Source: Methanobacteriota archaeon (GTDB taxonomy: Archaea; Hydrothermarchaeota; Hydrothermarchaeia; Hydrothermarchaeales; JACRDW01). From it: 12,756 nt of DNA. The stretch covers positions 1 through 12,756 of the forward strand of contig JBDRDL010000041.1 of NCBI GenBank assembly GCA_043820925.1, in the 5' to 3' direction. Position 1 is the first letter of the stretch. Every line of letters starts with the position of its first letter. The notes beneath the pieces were generated by a model. It made no database searches and was not told where the DNA came from. It was given only the letters and a program-made list of their open reading frames with translations. Below, one piece after another: positions 6,478 to 12,756 of this stretch. The translations under genes were made by a program, and so were the position numbers.

Positions 6478-8069
6478 TCGGCACGAGGACGACCAAGCGT
6501 TAGCGAAGGTCGTCCGAAGTGCTGAGACTTCATCAGCTTGTACTGGATGCTGTCCGCAAGTGCTTCAAAGCTTGCCTCGATTATGTTCTCCGAAACGCCT
6601 ACAGTTCCCCAAGATGATTTGTCATCGCTGGACTGAATGAGCACCCTGACCTTGGCAGCCGTACCTTCTCGCGTGTCTAAAACCCTGACCTTGTAGTCCG
6701 TTAAATGCATCTCTTTGAGCACTGGATAAAACTTTTCCAGCGCCTTGCGGAGCGCATTGTCCAGAGCATTTACTGGACCATTTCCTTCCGCAGCGGTATG
6801 CTCTTCCTTTCCATCTACCCTAACTTTAACGGTAGCCTCCGCTATTAGTTCATCGCCTCTCGTATCGACAATGACTCTAAATTCCTCTAATTCGAAGAAG
6901 CTCCTATAAGTACCTAACGCTTTTTTCATAAGCAGCTCGAAGCTCGCTTCTGCTCCCTCGAATTGATAGCCCTGGTTCTCTAAATCCTTCAGCATTTTTA
7001 ATATCTTCTGGGTTTGAGGAGTATCTTCCCTCAAGTCAAGCCTGTACTCCTCTGCCTTTGTAAGAATGCTGCCCCTTCCGGAGAGCTCTGAAATAAGTAT
7101 TCTGCGCCTGTTGCCAATAAGTTCCGGCTTGACGTGCTCGTAAGTCTCTGGATTTTTCAGCACTGCACTGACGTGTATTCCGCCCTTATGTGCAAATGCG
7201 CTGCTGCCGACGTAGGGCATGTTATTCTGGTGGCCTAAATTAGCTATCTCGCTCACGAATCTCGAAACCTCTGTGAGCTTTTTCAGCTGCCTGCTGTCGA
7301 GACAGTCTATTCCAAGCTTGAGTTTTAAATTCGGAATTATCGAGCAGAGATTAGCGTTTCCGCAGCGCTCACCGTAACCGTTTATAGTCCCATGAACCTG
7401 CTCCGCACCCATCTTAACAGCAGCGATTGTATTCGCAACCGCTGTATCTGCATCGTTGTGTGCATGGATGCCCAACGGAGCGCTTATCCTCTTTCTAACC
7501 TCTGCAAAGGTCTCCTGAACCTCGTAAGGCATTGCCCCGCCGTTTGTATCGCAGAGCACAATAACATCTGCCCCCGCAGCCTGCGCAACCTTCAGCGTCT
7601 GCATTGCGTAATCTGCATTTCTCTTGTATGCATCGAAGAAGTGCTCTGCGTCATATATTACCTCCTTCCTCTTCGACTTGAGATAGCTTATAGAATCTTC
7701 TATGAGCTCTAAATTCTGCTCGAGAGAGATGCCAAGCGCATCTCTGATGTGCAAGTCCCAACTCTTTCCGAAGACGCACACTGCAGAAGTGCCTGCTTTC
7801 AGCAGCGCTTTTATATTCTGGTCTTTTTCAACTTTGTTTTTTGCCTTTCTTGTGCTACCAAAAGCCACTATCTTTGATTTGAGGCGCCGAGCTTTAACTT
7901 TCCTGAAAAACTCAACATCCTTCGGATTCGAGCCTGGCCAGCCCCCTTCGATGTAGTGCACTCCAAGCTCGTCCAGTTTTTTTGCAATCCTAAGTTTATC
8001 CTCTAAAGAAAAAGAAATGTACTCGCTCTGCGAGCCGTCTCTGAGCGTTGTGTCATAAATCCTGACCAT
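6462..8069 (-). CDS. cimA: Citramalate synthase (bacterial-type CimA, DRE-TIM family with LeuA-type regulatory domain)
   Basis: [76 protein letters not shown]. Confidence 0.9.
   Translation of the reverse strand: MVRIYDTTLRDGSQSEYISFSLEDKLRIAKKLDELGVHYIEGGWPGSNPKDVEFFRKVKARRLKSKIVAFGSTRKAKNKVEKDQNIKALLKAGTSAVCVFGKSWDLHIRDALGISLEQNLELIEDSISYLKSKRKEVIYDAEHFFDAYKRNADYAMQTLKVAQAAGADVIVLCDTNGGAMPYEVQETFAEVRKRISAPLGIHAHNDADTAVANTIAAVKMGAEQVHGTINGYGERCGNANLCSIIPNLKLKLGIDCLDSRQLKKLTEVSRFVSEIANLGHQNNMPYVGSSAFAHKGGIHVSAVLKNPETYEHVKPELIGNRRRILISELSGRGSILTKAEEYRLDLREDTPQTQKILKMLKDLENQGYQFEGAEASFELLMKKALGTYRSFFELEEFRVIVDTRGDELIAEATVKVRVDGKEEHTAAEGNGPVNALDNALRKALEKFYPVLKEMHLTDYKVRVLDTREGTAAKVRVLIQSSDDKSSWGTVGVSENIIEASFEALADSIQYKLMKSQHFGRPSLTLGRPRAETHLR
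6475..6528. repeat. 54-bp imperfect palindrome inside the cimA 3' end
   Basis: GTCTCGGCAC-GA-GGACGACC-AAGCGTTAGCGAA-GGTCGTCC-GAA-GTGCTGAGAC: 10-bp outer stem with one G.T, 8-bp perfect inner stem. Confidence 0.85.
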
Positions 8070-8158
8070 ATTCCGCCTCGGACAAAGTATATAAAACTTC
8101 TGTTTTAACGTCTGTAAAATTTATATGCGAAAAGCTACGATGGAAAGACGTAATCAAT
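8070..8158. promoter_or_regulatory. Divergent promoter region for cimA and the DUF362 gene
   Basis: Minus-strand TTTTATATA at 8088-8096 and RBS-like GAGGCGG before cimA. Plus-strand TTTATAT at 8120-8126 after an A-rich BRE-like run. Confidence 0.55.
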
Positions 8159-9262
8159 ATGCTTATGCCAGAAGTTTATTTTGCTGCTTTAAGAGTTCCA
8201 AGCTTCAGAGAGTGGTGGCTGCCCGAGGAAAGTCTAATAGCAAAGCTGGAGAAGATTTTTTATTCTGCGCATTTAAACGAAGTCGTTCGGCGAGGAGCGA
8301 GAGTCGGGATAAAACTTCACATGGGGGAGCCGGGCAATGTGCACTATTTGAGACCAATTTATGCCGCAAAGCTCGCGGATATAGTTAAAAAATTAAAAGG
8401 AAAGCCGGTGGTAGTCGAGACCTGCGGCTTGGGCTGGTTTCCCGGCAGAACTTCGGCAGCCAAACATTTAGAAGCCGCAAGGAGAAACGGCTTTTGCGAG
8501 GCCACGATTGGAGCTCAGATACTAATGGCTGATGGCGGGGAAGGCCTGGAAGGCGTGCGAAAAGGAAAGGTTTTCATTGCAAAGGGAATAGTAAATTTAG
8601 ATGCTCTGCTCGTTCTTTCGCATACCACGGGACATATACAGGCAGGTTATGGCGGCGCTATAAAAAATCTCGGCCTGGGATGCGTCACAAAAACAAGCAA
8701 GTTCAGAGTGCATTACAGAGGCAAACCTCGCATAGATGCAAAAAAATGCAATGCCTGCGGGGAGTGCTTAAAGTATTGCCCTGCTGAAGCTATTTCCAAT
8801 TTTAGAATAACTGAAAAATGTTTGTGCTGCAACGTTTGCTCGGAAGTGTGCAATAGAGGAGCGATAAAAGTCAGGGCAACGACAGGCAGGGAGCTCTCAG
8901 AGAGAATTGCGGAAAATGCAGCGGCGGTTGTAGATATGGTAGGAAAAGAAAACATGGGCTACGTAAACCTGGCAATAGATGTTTTACCGCACTGCGATTG
9001 CCACCCGCACAGCGATATTCCAATAGTACCTGATTTGGGGGTACTCGCATCTCGAGACCCGGTAGCGATAGACAGAGCATCCGTTGATTTGATAAATGCA
9101 GCTCCAGGAGTCTTGACAAGCGAGGCAGAAAGAGTCGATGCATTAAAGCCCGGTACAGATAAATTCAAGCTGCTTCACCCTCACATTGACTGGCGCATTC
9201 AATTGCAAACTGCTGAAAAACTTGGAATGGGAAAGCAAAAATACGTCCTAAGAAAAATTTAG
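8159..9262 (+). CDS. DUF362-domain protein with 2x[4Fe-4S] ferredoxin insert
   Basis: IKLHMGEPGN, SHTTGH...GGAIKNLGLGC, CNACGECLKYCP, CLCCNVCSEVCN, HCDC, ASRDPVAIDRASVDLIN. Overlaps the ccmE stop convergently by 4 nt. Confidence 0.88.
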   Translation: MLMPEVYFAALRVPSFREWWLPEESLIAKLEKIFYSAHLNEVVRRGARVGIKLHMGEPGNVHYLRPIYAAKLADIVKKLKGKPVVVETCGLGWFPGRTSAAKHLEAARRNGFCEATIGAQILMADGGEGLEGVRKGKVFIAKGIVNLDALLVLSHTTGHIQAGYGGAIKNLGLGCVTKTSKFRVHYRGKPRIDAKKCNACGECLKYCPAEAISNFRITEKCLCCNVCSEVCNRGAIKVRATTGRELSERIAENAAAVVDMVGKENMGYVNLAIDVLPHCDCHPHSDIPIVPDLGVLASRDPVAIDRASVDLINAAPGVLTSEAERVDALKPGTDKFKLLHPHIDWRIQLQTAEKLGMGKQKYVLRKI

Positions 9263-9666
9263 GTTTTAGCCTTTCTTTCCTGCAAACTTTGCTCGTACTT
9301 GGAAGGACATTTAATTAAGATTTTGTGAGATTTGAATGTATCCTGAGAAACTAAAGTCCCTATCACCGTTATTCCAGCCCAAGGTTTAAATCCGTCGGGC
9401 AGCGCACCATTATATTCAACATTTATGCTCGAATTTTCATACGCAAGTACGAACTTATAGGAATTTTGTTCTTCATTTTTTTGTAAACTACCTTCTTTTA
9501 TATAACCTGTCATTTGAATATTCCTGTTGATATATAGAGATGTATTGCCAGTGATTTCGTCTACAGATTTAATAGGTGTCATAAATTCTAGTATACTCCC
9601 CCAACCCGCCCATAGGCTTAGTAATACTATAAGCACTCCTAAGACCAGCTTAACCTTCTTGTCCAT
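9259..9666 (-). CDS. ccmE: Heme chaperone CcmE, CxxxY (System I*) type
   Basis: N-terminal membrane anchor, VEYNGALPDGF, ILIKCPSKY, position in the ccm operon. Confidence 0.92.
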   Translation of the reverse strand: MDKKVKLVLGVLIVLLSLWAGWGSILEFMTPIKSVDEITGNTSLYINRNIQMTGYIKEGSLQKNEEQNSYKFVLAYENSSINVEYNGALPDGFKPWAGITVIGTLVSQDTFKSHKILIKCPSKYEQSLQERKAKT

Positions 9667-9777
9667 TTAAGCACCCTTCCTTTTCTCGATTTCTCTCAAC
9701 TTCAAATCTAAGTATGCCACGTAAATTATCAGCACGCTCCAGAGCAGGAGTGCAGCAGCAAATATGCTTTTTTCCAT
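9667..9777 (-). CDS. ccmD: CcmD-like small membrane protein (36 aa, not in the ORF track)
   Basis: MEKSIFAAALLLWSVLIIYVAYLDLKLREIEKRKGA*: one TM plus a charged tail. RBS GAGGTGA overlaps the ccmC stop; its own stop abuts the ccmE ATG. Confidence 0.8.
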   Translation of the reverse strand: MEKSIFAAALLLWSVLIIYVAYLDLKLREIEKRKGA

Positions 9778-9781
9778 TTCT

Positions 9782-10444
9782 TCACCTCAAATTTTCAATT
9801 CTAATACTGAGCCAGAGCAGGTAAGCATAGAGCATAAAACTTCCGAGGAGCATGAGAGAGAAAGTTATTTTTCCAGAGGGGTCTAGAGTAAATGCAGCTT
9901 CGCCCTTGTACAGCTGCGGGTGTAGCGAAGTCCATATCGTCGCTGAAACATGCGTCAGCGGTACTCCAACGAAACCGAATATTCCAATCACCGCTGAAAG
10001 CCTTGCCCTTGCTTCCTCGTCCTCCAAGGCTGAGCGAAGTGATAGGTAGCCTGCGAGTATGAACCAGAGGAATAGCGTCGTCGTCTGCCTCGGGTCCCAG
10101 TTCCAGTATGCGCCCCAGGCGAGGTTTGAGAATATCGCTCCTGCTACCAGCAATATTGAGCAGAAAACTATCGCAAGCCTTGCAGAACAGGATGCTATGG
10201 TGTCCCATTTTATATCTCTGCTCTTCAGGTACGCAGCGCTTCCTATAAGCATTACGAAAAAGGCGAGATAAACAACCGGCGCATTCTGCATTGAAAAGAA
10301 GAAAATCTTGTAGCCGTGCTTCATCGGGTCGCCCTCGTATCTAAGCAGCGAGTCGTCGAGCGGTCCCAGAACAAGCAATGCCATATACATACCCGCCGCC
10401 ACTATGACATAGGTTGCGAGCAGTACAAGCAAGCGTTTCTTCAT
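9782..10444 (-). CDS. ccmC: Heme-handling membrane protein CcmC
   Basis: WWD motif WGAYWNWDPRQT, distal SLHP His, several TM helices. ATG 10444 with RBS GGAGGAGTGA. Confidence 0.92.
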   Translation of the reverse strand: MKKRLLVLLATYVIVAAGMYMALLVLGPLDDSLLRYEGDPMKHGYKIFFFSMQNAPVVYLAFFVMLIGSAAYLKSRDIKWDTIASCSARLAIVFCSILLVAGAIFSNLAWGAYWNWDPRQTTTLFLWFILAGYLSLRSALEDEEARARLSAVIGIFGFVGVPLTHVSATIWTSLHPQLYKGEAAFTLDPSGKITFSLMLLGSFMLYAYLLWLSIRIENLR

Positions 10445-10445
10445 T

Positions 10446-11120
10446 TCACTCCTCCATAACATAGCTGAATAACAGCGAGGATAATGTTGTCATGACTATT
10501 ATATAAAATAGGATGAGCTTTATCTCTTTAATGCCGGGCAGGGGCGTTCCATAAAGCATCACTTCCCTGAGCGCCATAATAGTTGGGATTATAACAGGCA
10601 GGAGCAGGGGAAGCACAACTATCTGGAGCACCAGCTCCCTGCTTCTTGCGCTCAGTACAGCTGCGGATAGAAAAGAGCCCACTACAACGAGACCGACGCT
10701 GCCCAGCGTCAGTATCAGAAGCGCATCTAAAGCGCTTCCTTTGATGCTGTAGCTGAACAAGACTATGAATAGAGGGAAGGCTATCAGCTCTATTGCAAGC
10801 ACGAGCACGAGGTTATAAACTATCTTTCCGAGAAGTATCTCGTTGTAGCCCATCGGAGATAGTTTAAGCCCTTCCAGAGTTCCTGTCTCTTTCTCTTTCA
10901 CAAACGCCCTCGAAAGTCCGAGCAAGCCGGCAAATATTAGCACGAACCAGAGAAAGCCTGGGGCAACCTCCCTTGCGGTCTGGGAGTAAGGCTCTATTGC
11001 GAAGTTGAACATGAGCAGGGTGACGAACGAAAAAAGAAACATGAAATTTAAAGTTTGCCTGCTTCTGAATTCTATTCTCAAATCTTTCCCTGCAAGGATA
11101 AAAGCCCGCCTGAAATTCAT
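10446..11120 (-). CDS. ccmB: Heme exporter permease CcmB
   Basis: KDLRIEFRS, FVKEKETGTLEGLKLSP, LPLLLPVII. Hydrophobic, 224 aa, ATGA overlap with ccmA. Confidence 0.92.
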   Translation of the reverse strand: MNFRRAFILAGKDLRIEFRSRQTLNFMFLFSFVTLLMFNFAIEPYSQTAREVAPGFLWFVLIFAGLLGLSRAFVKEKETGTLEGLKLSPMGYNEILLGKIVYNLVLVLAIELIAFPLFIVLFSYSIKGSALDALLILTLGSVGLVVVGSFLSAAVLSARSRELVLQIVVLPLLLPVIIPTIMALREVMLYGTPLPGIKEIKLILFYIIVMTTLSSLLFSYVMEE

Positions 11121-11806
11121 GCTTTCAAACCCGCAAATATTTTTTCAACTTCGCTGGTACCTTTCCTGAGGTCTACCTCTGCAACGACGCTGCCCATGTG
11201 CATCACCACCCCTGTCCTGCACAGCTGCGCCGCCTCTTCAAGAAGGTGCGTGGTCAGCAGAATCGTAGTACCCTTCGAACGCAGCTCTTTCACCATTTCG
11301 TAAAACGCCTGCCTGCTCTTTACGTCCAAGCCAACGCTCGGCTCGTCAAGTAAGAGTATCTCCGGCTCGTGTACAATTGCCCTTGCAATCGAAAGCCTCT
11401 GCTTCATACCGCAGGATAGATTTCCGACATACTCGTCGCATATCGAACTAATCTCCAGTTTTTCTAGCAAATCCTCAACACTCGCTTCAGCCTCGTAGAG
11501 TGCAGTATAAAAATCCAGATTTTCCTTCACGGTCAGCTCATCGTAGAGAAAAGAATTGTGCGAAACTACGCCTATGCTTTTTTTTACTTTCTCAGGCTCT
11601 TTTGCCAGATCGAATCCATTTATTTTTACACTGCCGGAGGTAGGCTTTAGAAGTGTGCTCAAAATCCGAATTATGGTTGTTTTACCAGCTCCGTTAGGCC
11701 CGAGCAGTGCAAAGGATTCTCCCCTAGCGATAGCTAGGGTAACATCGCTCACTGCTAGATGACTTCCAAATTTCTTGCTGAGATTTTTGGCCTCGATTAT
11801 TTGCAT
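11117..11806 (-). CDS. ccmA: ABC ATPase CcmA
   Basis: Walker A GPNGAGKTT, signature LSCGMKQR, Walker B ILLLDE, H-loop TTH. First gene of the ccm operon. Confidence 0.88.
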   Translation of the reverse strand: MQIIEAKNLSKKFGSHLAVSDVTLAIARGESFALLGPNGAGKTTIIRILSTLLKPTSGSVKINGFDLAKEPEKVKKSIGVVSHNSFLYDELTVKENLDFYTALYEAEASVEDLLEKLEISSICDEYVGNLSCGMKQRLSIARAIVHEPEILLLDEPSVGLDVKSRQAFYEMVKELRSKGTTILLTTHLLEEAAQLCRTGVVMHMGSVVAEVDLRKGTSEVEKIFAGLKA

Positions 11807-11895
11807 CAGGTTAAAGTCAGACTCCTAAGCAATAAATCTTACTGATATGAAAAGGTATTTATCTTCGCCGCTTTGCTAGTGAAGATAGTGAGAAG

Positions 11896-12033
11896 ATGGA
11901 CATCGAGTACACAATTGTAGTCCTAGCTTCCGCAGCTGTTGCATACATTATGTTCAGAGCACTGTTCGGCAGGCGGAGCGAAAAACTCTGGAAGGAGCAG
12001 ATGAGGGATAAAGAGAAAAAAGAGGAAGAGTAG
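11896..12033 (+). CDS. Small single-pass membrane protein (45 aa, not in the ORF track)
   Basis: MDIEYTIVVLASAAVAYIMFRALFGRRSEKLWKEQMRDKEKKEEE*. TATA-like TATTTATC with an upstream GAAAAG about 35 nt before the ATG; fills the ccmA-vapC gap. Confidence 0.7.
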   Translation: MDIEYTIVVLASAAVAYIMFRALFGRRSEKLWKEQMRDKEKKEEE

Positions 12034-12046
12034 ATGAGACTCGTCG

Positions 12047-12436
12047 TTACCAGATGACATTTACATATCCGCTTTTCTTAATCTCATCATCTTTCGAGAT
12101 TAAGTCTGCGGCTAGAATTTGAGCAGTTGCAACGACTATTTTATCGTGAAGCTCTGGCAGTTTGTCCAACTTCTGTATCTCTTTTATGACTTTTAAATCC
12201 AGCGGGAATGTAGTAAAATTCGAGGCAAATTCTACTTTTTCTATGACCTCGGCAAAATTAATCTCAACTTTTTGCTTTTTTACGATATAGAAGGATTCGG
12301 CGAGTACAATCGTAGGTACCACAATAGTTGCTTCCCCCAGCTCTGCTTTAGTAAATATTTCACTTGCCTTTTTACTCAGCCTATCGTCATTAGATAAATG
12401 CCAGAGGAAGGGATGCGTATCTGTTACATAGAGCAT
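12047..12436 (-). CDS. vapC: PIN-domain toxin (VapC family)
   Basis: YVTDTH, VPTIVLAE, ELHDKIVVATA, ISKD acidic PIN active-site pattern. 129 aa. Confidence 0.9.
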   Translation of the reverse strand: MLYVTDTHPFLWHLSNDDRLSKKASEIFTKAELGEATIVVPTIVLAESFYIVKKQKVEINFAEVIEKVEFASNFTTFPLDLKVIKEIQKLDKLPELHDKIVVATAQILAADLISKDDEIKKSGYVNVIW

Positions 12437-12437
12437 G

Positions 12438-12635
12438 CTATGCCCTCATTTTAAAAAGAGACTTCTTTGCTTCTTCAATATCTTTTTCTTCTACCTTTAA
12501 TCCCTTTAGCATGCCTTTGAGAGATACTATTTTTTTAGCCTTTGCGTGCTGAATAAAAGCAATTTTTAATTCGGTAAGCTCTTTTTCAAGGGCATTCAAT
12601 TTTTTGAAAATATCTTCTTCAACCGCTTCATTCAT
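12438..12635 (-). CDS. Putative antitoxin (VapB-like) of the PIN toxin
   Basis: About 65-aa gene 1 nt upstream of vapC, with a SLKGMLKG...DIEEAKKSLF tail typical of archaeal PIN partners. ATG 12635 with GGTG RBS. Confidence 0.75.
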   Translation of the reverse strand: MNEAVEEDIFKKLNALEKELTELKIAFIQHAKAKKIVSLKGMLKGLKVEEKDIEEAKKSLFKMRA

Positions 12636-12669
12636 ACGAAACACCAAATATTATTAAGCGACAGCAAGG

Positions 12670-12677
12670 TTTAAAGG
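12670..12677. promoter_or_regulatory. TTTAAA TATA element, possibly bidirectional (vapBC and right-edge gene)
   Basis: Palindromic TTTAAA about 35 nt from the antitoxin ATG and about 25 nt from ATG 12701. Confidence 0.4.
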
Positions 12678-12700
12678 TTTCTATGCACCAAAATCTTAGC

Positions 12701-12756
12701 ATGGACGCAAACAGTGCTTTATTTACTTTAAGCGCAATTGTTCAATCTTTGGCAGC
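12701..12756 (+). CDS. 5' fragment of a probable membrane protein (MDANSALFTLSAIVQSLAA...)
   Basis: Open frame to the window edge with a hydrophobic start. An alternative in-frame ATG lies at 12683. Confidence 0.5.
   Translation, partial: MDANSALFTLSAIVQSLA

Noticed and set aside
6470..6536. Hammerhead or HDV-like ribozyme (CUGAUGA before a long stem; UCCUCGU inside it)
   Set aside because: No GAAA follows the stem, CUGAUGA is just the Leu-Met-Lys codons of cimA, and the P3/P1 pairings needed for an HDV fold cannot be built.
3165..7956. Many 60-207 aa antisense or alternative-frame ORFs in the track (e.g. 3993..4616 +, 3585..3983 +)
   Set aside because: Shadows of well-supported ilv/cim genes, with no motifs or expression signals.
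11395..11422. CcmA ABC signature LSCGM instead of LSGGQ
   Set aside because: CcmA signatures are commonly degenerate (LSAGQ, LSRGM) and the other motifs are intact.
69..12635. Whole window as one mobile island bracketed by two TA systems
   Set aside because: The central genes are housekeeping. No shared terminal repeats, integrase or tRNA are seen, and scattered TA pairs are common in archaea.

Overview
Archaeal-looking window: TATA-like boxes, GGAGGTGA-type ribosome-binding sites (RBS) and a CxxxY-type CcmE. The core is a minus-strand branched-chain amino acid cluster (cimA-ilvB-ilvH-ilvC), a divergent DUF362/ferredoxin Fe-S gene, a System I* cytochrome c maturation operon (ccmA-B-C-D-E, no ccmF in the window) and a vapBC-type toxin-antitoxin pair. 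The main oddity is an approximately 3-kb integrase-free accessory segment (DUF6516/TumE-like TA pair, solo AbrB-type regulator, 568-aa repeat lipoprotein). It is bounded by two diverged copies of the last 14 codons of ilvC, and the displaced copy forms the in-frame C-terminus of the putative toxin. The cim/ilv operon also carries palindromic elements: an in-frame palindrome in the cimA 3' end, tandem bulged stem-loops just upstream of ilvB, and a triple-hairpin element between ilvB and ilvH. CcmC appears to lack its first conserved heme-ligand His. All family calls are from motif recognition by eye; no database searches were run.
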